Of a stretch of DNA of 64,000 nt, positions 21,445 to 32,354 are shown piece by piece. The DNA is taken from contig OY762209.1 of assembly GCA_963665295.1 (NCBI GenBank), forward strand, positions 1,760,001 to 1,824,000. Reading direction: 5' to 3'. A program made the position numbers and the translations under genes. Below the pieces are notes generated by a model. The model searched no databases. It had not been told where the DNA came from and saw only the letters and a list, made by a program, of their open reading frames with translations. The stretch is from Syntrophorhabdaceae bacterium (GTDB lineage Bacteria > Desulfobacterota > Syntrophorhabdia > Syntrophorhabdales > Syntrophorhabdaceae). Numbering within the stretch: position 1 is the first letter of the stretch; each line of letters opens with the position of its first letter.

Positions 21445-21522
21445 GAATAGTGCCGGGAAAAGGCGGTGCAGGAAGTGACAATTGGGGGGTTAAGGACGCA
21501 TCCCGAAGAAGGCAGGCGACAT

Positions 21523-21825
21523 ATGGTCAATCATGATACGGTCTACACAGCTTTATTAGCTGTACACGGCTTGGGGTCTTTGGGTACCGGACTTTACGGA
21601 TTTTACTACCTGGAGCGATCACAAGGCAGCAACACTGCGTTCCTTCTTTTGATACTTCAGTTCTTGATGGCGCTTTTCATCCTCATTCTCCGGTTAGGGA
21701 AGTCTAAATATGCGCGGATAGCAACACGAGTCGTGAACATACTTTTTTTGCCGTTCGTATTCCCTGGAACTGCTTTAGGTATTTACGGCCTTTTGAAAGT
21801 TGATCGAAAACGAAGCAGCAAGTAA
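21523..21825 (+). CDS. Small membrane protein
   Basis: 3-4 hydrophobic segments, PGTALGIYGL. Confidence 0.55.
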   Translation: MVNHDTVYTALLAVHGLGSLGTGLYGFYYLERSQGSNTAFLLLILQFLMALFILILRLGKSKYARIATRVVNILFLPFVFPGTALGIYGLLKVDRKRSSK

Positions 21826-21945
21826 AGACCATTAGGGGCTTATTACGAGTGGAAGACGAAGAGATGATATGCCTGGACCGGGTTTAGCGGACAGATATGA
21901 GAAGATTGAGTATCCATTTCCGAGACTGGTGAGGGAGGAACAGAC

Positions 21946-22527
21946 ATGTATTTGAAGAGATTTGCGAAGATATTGTTTGCGGTAGTGATGGTGATATTTG
22001 CGGTGAGCGGTCCATGCGGAGCGGAAGCTATAGTAGAGAAAGTCCCTGTCCCGGGTCATGGCTACCTGTTGCTGGAGGTGCCATCCGGCTGGGTCATGAC
22101 GGTAAATCAACCGCAAAACGAAGTGCCGCCCACGATTGTCTTTCAGCCGGGTGACGGCAAGCGGTTCAAACTTTCAGTAACTGCACTGTGGAACCCCAAG
22201 AACGAAAAGGGATTTGCCGAGGACGACCTCAGACGTCTCATCGAGACCGACAAAAACAGGATGTCCGCCGGCGCCAAGGAAACGCAGATAGAAATAAAAA
22301 GGATGGATGGCAAGGGAGCAAAAGGTTTTTACTATTCCGCGACGGACAAAGCTCCGAAACCGGGTGATTATGAGCACCTGACGCGAGCCGCGGTTAGCGT
22401 TGGTAACCTTCTCTTGAGTGCCACATTGTTGAGTCACCCCGAGAACACAAAAGATGCGGATTTGACAATTGAGATGCTTCGTAGTGCGAGTCAGGCCGAT
22501 CCGATCGCAACTGGTAGGGGACATTAG
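21946..22527 (+). CDS. Secreted hypothetical protein (PsbP/DcrB-like fold possible)
   Basis: GGAGG RBS, signal peptide, LEVPSGW; stop codon lies inside the GGGGACATTAG motif. Confidence 0.65.
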   Translation: MYLKRFAKILFAVVMVIFAVSGPCGAEAIVEKVPVPGHGYLLLEVPSGWVMTVNQPQNEVPPTIVFQPGDGKRFKLSVTALWNPKNEKGFAEDDLRRLIETDKNRMSAGAKETQIEIKRMDGKGAKGFYYSATDKAPKPGDYEHLTRAAVSVGNLLLSATLLSHPENTKDADLTIEMLRSASQADPIATGRGH

Positions 22528-22705
22528 GGGAGGCGGTGCGGACCAGTTAGGTGGCAATTTGGAGCAACGGGCTGAGATCTTTAAGGCGATCGGCATATTT
22601 GGGTTCGAGCGTATAATGGACTGCTTTATGCCACGCGGTCCTCGGGTTCCATCGTTTCCCTGGCAGGTCCCCAACCAACGTTTACACAAGACTTAGGGGT
22701 GGTTC

Positions 22706-23404
22706 ATGAAAAGCGCATTGATTGCGGGATCGATTCAAGTCGCCTTGTTGCTGTTGCTATTGGTTAGAGACAGAAACGATGGCGGTAGAGAGCTTTTTCG
22801 GAAACAGCATTGGGGCAACTCCGATGTGGTAACCGTGGTCTTAAGTTTGATACTGCTTCGTTTTGCATGGGAATTGGCAGGCCAAGCGCATATCTTCGGA
22901 TCACACCCGGAAGAACGGATTGGGCGTTATACCCCGCATCTCCTTATGTTAGTCGTTGTATTGATTATATTCCGCCTGAAAATCAAGCAACCGATTAAGG
23001 ACCTCGGCTTCCCTTATGGCAAATTCCTTAAGATTTTCTTTCTTTGTGCTCTTCCGGTCTTTTTCCTTGTCCGCTTGTTTGTATGCGTCAAGTTCCATGG
23101 CTATTTCTTCATTTGGATGGAATATATCCTCAACTCCCTGGTGGTCGCTCCGGTCGCTGAAGAAATTGCTTTTCGAGGCATTCTATACACTCCCTTTCGA
23201 AGGAAATATGGACCTGCCGGCGCTATTCTCATCACTGCGCTCTTTTTCATGGTATGCCACGAGGAAACTACTTTACGCGGCAATTTCGGCCTATTTCTTT
23301 ACGGGGTGTTATTTGCGTGGTCCTACGAAAGAAAACAGTCAATGCTCTACCCTATCATTCTGCATAGCCTCGTGGGCATTCCCTATTTGTTCCGTGGCAG
23401 GTAA
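22706..23404 (+). CDS. CPBP/Abi (CAAX protease-like) intramembrane metalloprotease
   Basis: PVAEEIAFRG, FxxxH, C-terminal H; multi-TM. Confidence 0.85.
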   Translation: MKSALIAGSIQVALLLLLLVRDRNDGGRELFRKQHWGNSDVVTVVLSLILLRFAWELAGQAHIFGSHPEERIGRYTPHLLMLVVVLIIFRLKIKQPIKDLGFPYGKFLKIFFLCALPVFFLVRLFVCVKFHGYFFIWMEYILNSLVVAPVAEEIAFRGILYTPFRRKYGPAGAILITALFFMVCHEETTLRGNFGLFLYGVLFAWSYERKQSMLYPIILHSLVGIPYLFRGR

Positions 23405-23475
23405 CAGTTTATGGGGGTAATAGGGGAGGCGGATGTTTGTCGCCAGGAAAATATGCGGTGACACCGAGGGTTATC

Positions 23476-23943
23476 ATGTCAAAGGTTGCGATGAAATCAG
23501 GAAATTTAGCTTTATTTGCTATTTTCGTCCTTGTTGTGCCAAATATCGTCAGTACTGTAGCTTTGATCAGGAGTATAACACTACATTTGCCCGTGGATTC
23601 GGGATTAGTAGCCTTTGCGGGTCATTGTTTTGTTATCGTCGTCGGCCTGCTGATGATCGACGAGAGACATTGGAGGTATGCCTTCTACTGTTTAATTGTG
23701 AGCATTGTGATTAAGTACGTTTCTAAGATCCTTTATCAGATGGCGAGTGAAGGGGCCATATACCTGGCCTTGGTATCGGCCCTTCCTTTGCTTCCAGCGC
23801 TCTTCTTCTTCTGGAAATTCAGGACGACTCAAAACGTTGAAATAAGGGGGTTACACGGACATGGCCTTCCCGGCAGGATTATAAAAATACTGATCGGTTT
23901 GGGCATTGTGTTTTTGATTTTTTATGGACTCCGTGCGAGATAG
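23476..23943 (+). CDS. Membrane hypothetical protein
   Basis: About five hydrophobic segments; start uncertain. Confidence 0.55.
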   Translation: MSKVAMKSGNLALFAIFVLVVPNIVSTVALIRSITLHLPVDSGLVAFAGHCFVIVVGLLMIDERHWRYAFYCLIVSIVIKYVSKILYQMASEGAIYLALVSALPLLPALFFFWKFRTTQNVEIRGLHGHGLPGRIIKILIGLGIVFLIFYGLRAR

Positions 23944-23993
23944 TTGGAGTTGCCGTCGTTAAACCAGACTTTTTCCAACTTACCATCCCCCCT

Positions 23994-24025
23994 GGCACTA
24001 CCATAGCGGACGTAGTTGACTATCT
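23994..24025 (+). repeat. 32-bp dispersed repeat, copy 2
   Basis: GGCACTACCATAGCGGACGTAGTTGACTATCT. Confidence 0.9.
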
Positions 24026-24098
24026 TGATAAGACGCAGTAGATATGTTTTCTTGTCCATGTACCCTAAAACTGTCCTTCTAGGGTGAGGAGCGTAGCA

Positions 24099-24638
24099 AT
24101 GTCCGTGAATGTTTTACGAATGGTTTTGTGTTTAATTGTAGCCTTATCGGCAGGTTGCGTGACAAAAGCACCAGAGTGGCCTCCGTATGTAGTCGATAAC
24201 ATGTGGATCCCCAAGAATGCCTTAGTCGGTACTCGCGACAGTCGCAGTTCCTATAAAGTATTCTATACAGTAAACATGTGCTACCCGGCAAAGGATCTAA
24301 TAAGTGAAATGGCGAAAACCATGACGGCTAAAGGTTGGAGGAGGCTATCTTTAGATCCCGTCAACCCATCCATCGAACTGAAGCTAAATCACGCACTGGG
24401 GCCTGACGGCAACTGGAGTCACGGCGTTGATCCCAACATGGTTGCAGGGTATGATTGGAGAGAGTTTTGGGAAGATGGCGATAAGAATGTCATTCACTAT
24501 GTTTTCAAATATAAACTGGGGGAAAATGAACATATTGAGAATGCCTGCACGCTTTCAGGGTATACATCATACATGTCGGCAGAACAGGTTCATGCATTAC
24601 TAAAGGCTTTCCAAGAGATGCCCATTACGCCGCCATGA
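24099..24638 (+). CDS. Lipoprotein of unknown function
   Basis: GAGGAG RBS; lipobox LSAG-C. Confidence 0.7.
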   Translation: MSVNVLRMVLCLIVALSAGCVTKAPEWPPYVVDNMWIPKNALVGTRDSRSSYKVFYTVNMCYPAKDLISEMAKTMTAKGWRRLSLDPVNPSIELKLNHALGPDGNWSHGVDPNMVAGYDWREFWEDGDKNVIHYVFKYKLGENEHIENACTLSGYTSYMSAEQVHALLKAFQEMPITPP

Positions 24639-24982
24639 GCAGAACAAAGGCAGGATGGAACGCTTTATGGCGGACAATATCTCTGGATTGTGCAGATGGG
24701 TGGCACTATCAGCGGTGGAGCGGCAGGCGGAGCAATGGCCGGTTGAATTCGCCTCCTCTCACCTTTCATTTCAAGTTCACCTGGTCGGACTTCGGCTTTG
24801 GCGGCCGAGAAGAGTAGATGGCGGAGGGGGAGGAGGCGATTAAAGAGTTCAATTTCGACTTTCGCCGGGACGACAAGAGCTTTTTGTGGGACTCTTGCCG
24901 AAGGGCGCTACCGGGCGCCGAATGTTGCGCGGCACCCGGATAAAGAACCGACGCAGACGTTTGTTTTTGAGGAGGAACGGGA

Positions 24983-25369
24983 TTGAGACTGCTCACCATT
25001 GACGAATTTACGGTCATTTTGCCGAAATTGATAGTCGTCGCTTTTCTCCTCATCTTTGTGGTGATGGCCTATGCTGCGGCGAAGAAGACCATCAGCTTCG
25101 CCTATAGGGACCTTTCAAAAACCTTACAGTTTGTTGTTATGAGGGCAGCCATCATATCGACGCTTTTCGTCAACATTCTCTTTTGGCTGACTGACTTTCC
25201 GCTTAAGGGAAAGATCGGTTGCACCATTGGGGGGCTTCTCTTTTGCGCCTTTGTCCAAGGGGTCCTTAAATTGCGAATGAAACTGGACGAGGCCACCGAT
25301 CGGATGATCAAGGCGAAAAAGGAGAGTGAAGAGAAATCCGGTAAAAGCACGGGAGACCGAGGGGCTTAG
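24983..25369 (+). CDS. Membrane hypothetical protein
   Basis: GAGGAGG RBS, TTG start, three TMs. Confidence 0.6.
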   Translation: MRLLTIDEFTVILPKLIVVAFLLIFVVMAYAAAKKTISFAYRDLSKTLQFVVMRAAIISTLFVNILFWLTDFPLKGKIGCTIGGLLFCAFVQGVLKLRMKLDEATDRMIKAKKESEEKSGKSTGDRGA

Positions 25370-25438
25370 CCCATCTTCCGCAGTTACCCATTGTTTTTCA
25401 TGAGCGTACAGATGGCATTCCGCGCCGCGACGAAGAGG

Positions 25439-28400
25439 TTACATTTCCTCTTTTCCTTCTTCAAACCATTTGTAGAAGGTGGGAAGCACGAAGATGGTGA
25501 GCAGGGTCGAGGTGATAAGACCGCCCACTACCACCACGGCAAGGGGTTTTTGTATTTCCGAGCCTATTCCGGAAGAGAGGAGGAGCGGCACAAGGCCCAG
25601 CAGGGTGACGGAAGCGGTCATGAGGACCGGCCTCAGCCGGAGTTCAGTGCCTTTTCGCACTGCTTCATCAAGGGGCATGCCCTCCCTTCTGAGCTGGTTG
25701 AGACATGAAACCAGGACGATCCCATTGAGCGCGGCTATACCGAAGAGGGCGATGAAACCCACCGACGCGGGGACGCTCAGGTACTGGCCGGACAGGAAGA
25801 GGGCCATGATTCCACCTATGAGGGAAAAAGGAATATTCAGGATAATGAGAAGCGCATTCCTTATGGAATTGAAAGTGAAATAGAGAAGGGCAAATATGAG
25901 AACCAGGGTGATGGGCACAATAATGACAAGCCGGTTCATGGCGCGCTGCTGGTTTTCGAATTGTCCTCCCCATTTCATGGTGTACCCGGGGGGAAAGGTG
26001 ACCCGGGCGGCTATCTTCTCCTGGGCCTCTTTGACGAAGCTCCCCATGTCGCGGCCCTTCAGGTTACACTCGATGACGATCCTTCTCTGACCGTTCTCCC
26101 TGCTTATCTGATTCGGCCCTTCGAGAAGTTCGAGGCGTGCAAGCTGATTGAGGGGTATGCCCCTCCCTTCCTGGACCGGCGCGAGAAGCATGCCTATAGA
26201 CTCGGCGCTGTCCCGTTTCCCTTCGGGAAAGCGGAGCCTCACGGCAAACCTCTTGTCTCCTTCAAATATTTCGGTAGGCAGGCCTCCTCGCATGGCCGTC
26301 TCTATCATGTCCTGAACATCGGAGATATTGATCCCGTAACGGGCTGTCACCTTCCGGTTGAAGTCGATATGGAGATAGGGCTGACCCGACACCTGCTCGA
26401 CCCGGAGGTCCATGGTCCCTTTTATGGTGGACATGATCCGGGCGACTTCTTCAGCCTTTTTCTTGAGCACGTCGAGGTCGTCGCCGAAGATCTTTATGGC
26501 AAGCTGGGATTTCACGCCCGAGATCAACTCGTCCACTCTAAGCGCGATGGGCTGGGTAAAATTGAAGGTCATGCCCGGCATGGAGGCCTCCAGTCTCTCT
26601 CTCATCTTCGCGATAAGCGCTTCCTGCGTCTTTGCCGTCTTCCACTGAGAGCGTGCCTTGAGTGTGATGATAGGGTCCGATATCTCGGGACCCTGGGGAT
26701 CGGTGGCGATGCCGCCTGCCCCTATCCGGGAGACGATGGTTTCCACCTCAGGAAAGGTAAACAGCACCTTCTGAAATCGTTTCTCTATCTCCACGGATTC
26801 TTCCAGGGAGACACTGGGAAACCTTATGGGCTGAATAACCAGGGAGCCTTCCTGCATGGTGGGCATGAACTCCCTGCCTATAAATGGAAGGATAGCGAGG
26901 CTCACGCCAAGAAGCGCGCAGGAAGCCACCACCACCTTTTTCCTGTTTTGGAGCGTCCAGTCGAGGGCAGGCCTGAACCGGCGCTTGATCATGGAAAGGA
27001 GCTTCGTGTCCTCTTCCTTCCCCGGCTTGAGTATGTAGAGTGAAAAAACAGGGATAAAGACAAAGGAGACAATGAGCGAGCTTACGAGGGCCATCACTAC
27101 GGTCATGGCCAGGGGAGTAAACATTTTCCCTTCCACATCGGTGAGAGTGAAAAGAGGCAGGAAGACGATGGTAATAATGAGAATCCCGAAGAATACGGGC
27201 CGGACCACCTCTTTCGATGCCTCCGCCACAATATGGACCCGTGACCCGCCTTTGTTTTCCGACAACTGGCGAAACACGTTTTCCACGATCACCACCGCGC
27301 CGTCCACGATCATGCCTATGGCTATGGTAAGCCCTCCCAGGGACATGAGGTTTGCAGTGAGGCCCCATTGTTTCATGAAGACAAAGGTCAGGAGTACGGT
27401 GAGGGGCAGGGAAAGGGTGACGACGAGGGCCGTCCTCACGCTCCCCAGAAAGATGAAGAGTACGATGACCACGAGGATGGACCCTTCCGCCAGGGCCTTT
27501 GTGATGGTGGAAAGGACCCGTTTCACAAGGTCCGCGCGATCGTAGTATGGTATGGCGCGGACTCCGTCGGGAAGCGTCTTGTTAATCTCCTTGATCTTTT
27601 GTTTTACTTTGTCGACCACGACCATGGAGTTGCCGCCCTTTACCAGGAGGACGATCCCCGTTACCGCCTCCTCCCCGTTCTTTACCGCGGCACCCAGGGT
27701 TAGCGCGGGCCCGAGTTTAAGGTCTGCAATATCCTTTATAAAAACCGGTGTTCCCCGGGAAGAGGCAACCACGACGTCGCCGATATCCTCCAGGGTCTTG
27801 AGGAGTCCCAATCCCCGGATTATGTATCTTTCACCGCCTATGTTCATATAGCTGCCGCTTGCGTTCGCATTGTTGCGCGCCACGGACTCGAAGACCTGCC
27901 GGAGGGAAAGGCCGTATTTTATGAGTTTTTCCGGGCTTACGATAATCTGGTACTCTTTTACGTCACCGCCGTGGGAATTTACATCAATGACGCCGGGCAC
28001 GGTTTTGAGGGCCTTTTTTACCGCCCAGTCCTGCAGGGTCCTCAGGTCCATGAGGCTCTTCCCCTTTCCCTCAAGGGTATACTGGTAGACCTCGCCGAGA
28101 CCCGTGGAGATCGGCCCGAAGGTAGGTTCCACCCCCTTGGGAAGTCTGTCTTTCACCTCTATGAGGCGCTCCAGCACGAGTTGACGCGCAAAATAGATAT
28201 CTACCTTGTCTTCAAACACGAGGGTCACGAGGGAAAGGCCGTATTTGGATATGGACCGGGTCTCTTTAAGCCCCGTCAGGCCGCTCATCTGAAGTTCAAT
28301 AGGCGCGGTCACGAATTTCTCGGTTTCGAGGGGGGACATGCCGGGAGTCTGAGATATGATCTGGACCTGCACGTTCGTTACATCGGGGAACGCGTCGATA

Positions 28401-28501
28401 GAGATTGTTTTATAACAGAAGAGGCCGGCCCCCACGAGAACCACCACCCCGAGCATGACGAGCAGACGCTGTTTCAACACATAATCGACAATTCTTTGCA
28501 T
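25439..28501 (-). CDS. czcA: Heavy-metal RND permease (CzcA/CusA family)
   Basis: IDAFPDVTNVQVQI, GLGEVYQY, IGMIVDGAVVIVEN, RLRPVLMTA. Confidence 0.93.
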   Translation of the reverse strand: MQRIVDYVLKQRLLVMLGVVVLVGAGLFCYKTISIDAFPDVTNVQVQIISQTPGMSPLETEKFVTAPIELQMSGLTGLKETRSISKYGLSLVTLVFEDKVDIYFARQLVLERLIEVKDRLPKGVEPTFGPISTGLGEVYQYTLEGKGKSLMDLRTLQDWAVKKALKTVPGVIDVNSHGGDVKEYQIIVSPEKLIKYGLSLRQVFESVARNNANASGSYMNIGGERYIIRGLGLLKTLEDIGDVVVASSRGTPVFIKDIADLKLGPALTLGAAVKNGEEAVTGIVLLVKGGNSMVVVDKVKQKIKEINKTLPDGVRAIPYYDRADLVKRVLSTITKALAEGSILVVIVLFIFLGSVRTALVVTLSLPLTVLLTFVFMKQWGLTANLMSLGGLTIAIGMIVDGAVVIVENVFRQLSENKGGSRVHIVAEASKEVVRPVFFGILIITIVFLPLFTLTDVEGKMFTPLAMTVVMALVSSLIVSFVFIPVFSLYILKPGKEEDTKLLSMIKRRFRPALDWTLQNRKKVVVASCALLGVSLAILPFIGREFMPTMQEGSLVIQPIRFPSVSLEESVEIEKRFQKVLFTFPEVETIVSRIGAGGIATDPQGPEISDPIITLKARSQWKTAKTQEALIAKMRERLEASMPGMTFNFTQPIALRVDELISGVKSQLAIKIFGDDLDVLKKKAEEVARIMSTIKGTMDLRVEQVSGQPYLHIDFNRKVTARYGINISDVQDMIETAMRGGLPTEIFEGDKRFAVRLRFPEGKRDSAESIGMLLAPVQEGRGIPLNQLARLELLEGPNQISRENGQRRIVIECNLKGRDMGSFVKEAQEKIAARVTFPPGYTMKWGGQFENQQRAMNRLVIIVPITLVLIFALLYFTFNSIRNALLIILNIPFSLIGGIMALFLSGQYLSVPASVGFIALFGIAALNGIVLVSCLNQLRREGMPLDEAVRKGTELRLRPVLMTASVTLLGLVPLLLSSGIGSEIQKPLAVVVVGGLITSTLLTIFVLPTFYKWFEEGKEEM

Positions 28502-28509
28502 GGCTTCCC

Positions 28510-29733
28510 TTATTCGGCCTTAAGCGACATCTTCTTGAGCTCGGACTTGATGGGGAATGTGCCTTTCACTACCAGCATGTCCCCTTCCTTCAGGCCCTGG
28601 GTCACTTCGACTTTCTTGCCCAGGGAGCGTCCCAGTACCACGTCCGTTTGTGCGAACTTCCCCTCGCCCACCCGGAGGAACACGTACCGGTCCGAGCCGT
28701 CTACGAGCACGGCCTCACGGGGAACTGCAATTACTGAATCCGACCCGGCATTTTTTTGGGCGTGTATGGAAACGGCGGCAAACATGCCCGGTTTCAGTAA
28801 GCCCTCCGGATTATCTATAGTGACCCGCACCTTGACCGTCCTCGTCCGTTCACTCACCACGTCCCCCATGTACGAAACCTTGCCCTGGAAGGTCTTGTAG
28901 GGAAAGGCGTTTACGGAAACGTTGACCATGGCGCCCTGTCGGAGCCTCGGCAGGTCCTTTTCGTAAACATCCACGAGGACCCACAAGGTTGCGAGGTCGG
29001 CGACGACAAAGAGCAGCTTTTCGGGATTTACCACTTCCCCCTGTGTAACCGACTTCTCTATGACAACCCCTCCCACGGACGAAACGATGGGTATGCGGGG
29101 CCTGAGAGCGGCATCGCCGTTCTTCCGGTTCTCTATGGCGTCTACATCGACCCCCAGAAGGCGGAAGCGCTCCCTGGAGTATACGAGGTCCGCCTCGGCC
29201 TCGCTCAGTTCCTGGCGCGCCTTGAAGACATCCTTCTCGGGGGCCACGTCCTTTTCGAAGAGCGATTGTTCCCGTTTGAGGCTTCTCCTCGCCAGCTCGC
29301 ACCTGCCTTTGCTTTTTCTGTATTCGGCCCATATCTGATCGAGCTCGACCGTGTCTATGAACGCCAGAGGCTGTCCGGCCTTCACCCTGTCCCCCTGGGA
29401 TACGGGGACCTGCACAATGCGACCCGTGACCCTCGAGCTCACTCTGGAGGCCCGGTCGGCGTTGAGTTCTATGGCCGCAGTGGCCGCAAGGGGCACGTCA
29501 ACCTCTTCCCGGGAGACCCGCACAATTTCCACCCCTGATGCAGTGAGTTTTTCAGGCGAAAGGGAGACGCTCACGGGCTCTCTGTCCGCTACACCGGCTG
29601 CCGCGCTCCCCGGCTTTGCTCCACCATCGGTCGTCCCCTTCCGGGCGAGTACCGTTATTGCGGAGGCGGACCCGAGAAACAGGCACACCAGAACGATCAC
29701 TACCTGCTTCTTGTGCCGCGCCAAGTACTCCAT
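28510..29733 (-). CDS. czcB: RND membrane-fusion protein (CzcB family)
   Basis: N-terminal TM, lipoyl/beta-barrel motifs, LKPGMF; GAGGA RBS before ATG 29733. Confidence 0.88.
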   Translation of the reverse strand: MEYLARHKKQVVIVLVCLFLGSASAITVLARKGTTDGGAKPGSAAAGVADREPVSVSLSPEKLTASGVEIVRVSREEVDVPLAATAAIELNADRASRVSSRVTGRIVQVPVSQGDRVKAGQPLAFIDTVELDQIWAEYRKSKGRCELARRSLKREQSLFEKDVAPEKDVFKARQELSEAEADLVYSRERFRLLGVDVDAIENRKNGDAALRPRIPIVSSVGGVVIEKSVTQGEVVNPEKLLFVVADLATLWVLVDVYEKDLPRLRQGAMVNVSVNAFPYKTFQGKVSYMGDVVSERTRTVKVRVTIDNPEGLLKPGMFAAVSIHAQKNAGSDSVIAVPREAVLVDGSDRYVFLRVGEGKFAQTDVVLGRSLGKKVEVTQGLKEGDMLVVKGTFPIKSELKKMSLKAE

Positions 29734-29881
29734 CACTCTATACTTCCTCCCCTGTAATCCCTTTGAACGGCAAATCCATTGTGGCGCCTGGAATCCCGCC
29801 ATTTTTTCGCCGCAACGGGGTGTACCGGCACAGCGCCCCGAATGCGTCGCCCACAAGTGTACCAGAGGAGACGTTACCGTA

Positions 29882-29910
29882 TGATTACAATTTGATTACA
29901 ATTGTTTAAT
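29882..29910. promoter_or_regulatory. Candidate CzcR/OmpR-family operator upstream of czcB
   Basis: Tandem TGATTACAATT x2, plus ATTAC-N6-TTAAT (29895-29910). Confidence 0.55.
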
Positions 29911-29918
29911 GAAATGAA

Positions 29919-31382
29919 CTAGGAATGAGGGAATACGAGGGTAACCGTGGTGCCTTTATCCACCTCGCTCCGCACAGTCACTGTCCCTCCGTGGAGGTCC
30001 ATGATGGACTTGACGATAGAGAAACCGAGGCCGGTTCCCTGCGGATGCTCCGTCCGCGCACGGTCGGTCCTGAAAAAACGGTCAAATATCCGGCCCAGAC
30101 TTTCCGGCTCGATGCCTATGCCCGTATCTTCAACGCTTATCCGGACGGATTGGTCGTCAAGTTCCTCCGCGGTTACCGTGACTTTCCCTCCTTTCGGCGT
30201 GTACTGAAAGGCGTTTGAGAGGATGTTGCTCAGGGTGTGGCGGAACGAGGTGAGGTCCGCCTTAAGCGTCGCATGGCCCTTGCACGCGACCTCTATCTCC
30301 TTTTCCTCCGCAACGGCATTGAAGAATTCCAGGAGGGCCTCCGTTTCTTTACGCACGTCAATGCGCGAGGGCTTGAAAACTACATTGGCGTTTTCCGTAC
30401 CGGCCAGAAAAAGAAGGTTTTCAATCATGCGGGAGAGCCGTTCGTATTCTTCCAGGCTTGACTCGAGGACTTGCCGGTATTCTTGCGTTGACCGGGCTTT
30501 ATACAGAGCCACTTCCGCTTCTCCCCGGAGGTTATTGATGGGCGTTCTCAGTTCGTGGGTAAGGTTGGCCGAGAACTGGGACAGGGCCACGAAGGAATTC
30601 TGGAGTCTCTCAAGCATCTTGTCAAAGGCCCGGGCAAGCACCGCGATTTCATCGGGCCATTGTCTCGGGCCTAACCGGTCATCGAGCCTCTTTGCGCCGA
30701 TGCGCGTGAAGGCTCTCCCCATCTCCTTCAAGGGGCGCAACCCTTCCCGGGCCACGGAAAATCCTATGAAAGTCGACAGGACCATGCCTGCAAAGAGAAC
30801 GAGCACCATCTTTTCCCTGTAATCGGCGACAATAGCCTCATCGTGGGAAATGTCCAGCGCTATCTGGATAAGCTTTCTTCCGGTTATGGAGGGGCGCGGC
30901 TCGACCCACGCCGCTATCAGGAGAAGTGGACTATCATCCATTCCCACGGCTCTGACACCCTTTTCCAAAGCCTCACCCGGCGAGGAGGGAACCGGAAAGG
31001 ATGGATTTGTGATAATCCGGTCCATACCCGGACTCTCGGCTTCCGTTTTGTTGTCCTTATCGAGAACCCTCACATAGTACTTCGTGTAGGCCATTGCCGG
31101 GGCCTGGGTTTCTCTTTCCATCTCTTCCTTCCAGACGCCCACATTATCCGGATACCTCTCCAAAAGCATACGAATGTGATAGACTTCACCAAAGAGGAAT
31201 TGGTTGTTTTCCCGGGACATATCGGCCACCAGGATCTGGTCGAGAAAAGCGGCGGAAGCGGCAAGCAGGAAGAGGCTGCACAGGGTATAAAGGATGGTGA
31301 GCCTTCTCGTGATGGATAAGGTTCTTAAGTAAGATAAGCGTTCTCTAAAGGTCAATTTCTTCCGACCGCTCTTCGAGGACAT
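29919..31382 (-). CDS. Heavy-metal sensor histidine kinase (CzcS/CusS type)
   Basis: Two TMs, [16 protein letters not shown], HATPase boxes. Confidence 0.92.
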   Translation of the reverse strand: MSSKSGRKKLTFRERLSYLRTLSITRRLTILYTLCSLFLLAASAAFLDQILVADMSRENNQFLFGEVYHIRMLLERYPDNVGVWKEEMERETQAPAMAYTKYYVRVLDKDNKTEAESPGMDRIITNPSFPVPSSPGEALEKGVRAVGMDDSPLLLIAAWVEPRPSITGRKLIQIALDISHDEAIVADYREKMVLVLFAGMVLSTFIGFSVAREGLRPLKEMGRAFTRIGAKRLDDRLGPRQWPDEIAVLARAFDKMLERLQNSFVALSQFSANLTHELRTPINNLRGEAEVALYKARSTQEYRQVLESSLEEYERLSRMIENLLFLAGTENANVVFKPSRIDVRKETEALLEFFNAVAEEKEIEVACKGHATLKADLTSFRHTLSNILSNAFQYTPKGGKVTVTAEELDDQSVRISVEDTGIGIEPESLGRIFDRFFRTDRARTEHPQGTGLGFSIVKSIMDLHGGTVTVRSEVDKGTTVTLVFPHS

Positions 31383-32034
31383 ACCCTACGCCTCGCACCG
31401 TATGAATCAGTTTTACGGGGAAGGGATCGTCGGCTTTTCTGCGCAACCTCAGAACAGCGACATCCACGACGTTGGTGTCGCTATCGAAATTTATATCCCA
31501 AACCTGTTCGGAAATAAAGGTTCTGGTCAATACCTCGCCCGAATGCCGGGCGAAAAGCCATAAGGTGAGGAACTCTTTCGGCGACAGGTCCAGGCGTTTT
31601 CCTCCCCGGGTCGCCTTGCGTTTCACGGGATCGATCTCGAGGTCCGCAATACGGATGGCGTCGGCTTGTCTGTCCGGACCACGGCGAAGAATTGTCCGAA
31701 CCCGGGCGAGCAGTTCCGAAAACGCAAAGGGCTTCACAAGGTAGTCGTCCCCGCCCAGTTCGAGTCCGGTAATCCTGTCCTGTACGGAATCCCTTGCCGT
31801 GAGGAAGAGAACCGGGGTCTGCTTTCCCTTCCTGCGAAGCTCACCTATGACCGACCAGCCATCCCGTCCGGGAAGCATGACGTCAAGGATAATTATCGCG
31901 TAATTGCCTGTTACCGCCAAATGGAGGCCGTCTTCGCCGTTCTCCGCCACGTCCACCACAAACCCGTGCTCCGACAACCCTTTCTTGAGATACCGGTGAG
32001 TCTTTCTCTCGTCCTCTACGACTAATACCCGCAC
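31345..32034 (-). CDS. Heavy-metal response regulator (CzcR/CusR type)
   Basis: [41 protein letters not shown] start inferred. Confidence 0.92.
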   Translation of the reverse strand: MRVLVVEDERKTHRYLKKGLSEHGFVVDVAENGEDGLHLAVTGNYAIIILDVMLPGRDGWSVIGELRRKGKQTPVLFLTARDSVQDRITGLELGGDDYLVKPFAFSELLARVRTILRRGPDRQADAIRIADLEIDPVKRKATRGGKRLDLSPKEFLTLWLFARHSGEVLTRTFISEQVWDINFDSDTNVVDVAVLRLRRKADDPFPVKLIHTVRGVGYVLEERSEEIDL

Positions 32035-32209
32035 AATAACATCGATCTCCTGTCCACAGGGCAGTATTACATAATACCGGGCCAAGACGCAATAGCCGCG
32101 GCGCGGGGTCAACCCCCGGGTTTGCCCGCAAAGATTGCCCACGGCGACCATGCCGCGAACAATCACGAATACTTCCTTATGCCGGCCCTCCTCCGGGGCC
32201 TCCCGGATC

Positions 32210-32225
32210 ATTACAATAATGTAAT
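32210..32225. promoter_or_regulatory. Perfect ATTAC-N6-GTAAT CzcR-type box
   Basis: ATTACAATAATGTAAT upstream of the regulator gene. Confidence 0.6.
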
Positions 32226-32354
32226 CCTCTTGTCATTATAGTGAAACCCCCGGTCATGTAGAATGTCATCATCAGGTTTTCAAGGGCAGGAAAGAGACGG
32301 ACAGGAGCGATTATACGACCATGAACCCGTTGGCGCGCAAAAGGAAGGCAACCC

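Noticed and set aside
19955..24025. CRISPR repeats
   Set aside because: Only two copies, 4 kb apart, and no cas genes.
15770..25400. tRNA-Leu-integrated genomic island
   Set aside because: No integrase, and no duplicated tRNA 3' end was noticed.
19900..25400. Integron cassette array
   Set aside because: No IntI and no RYYYAAC...GTTRRRY attC palindromes at the junctions.
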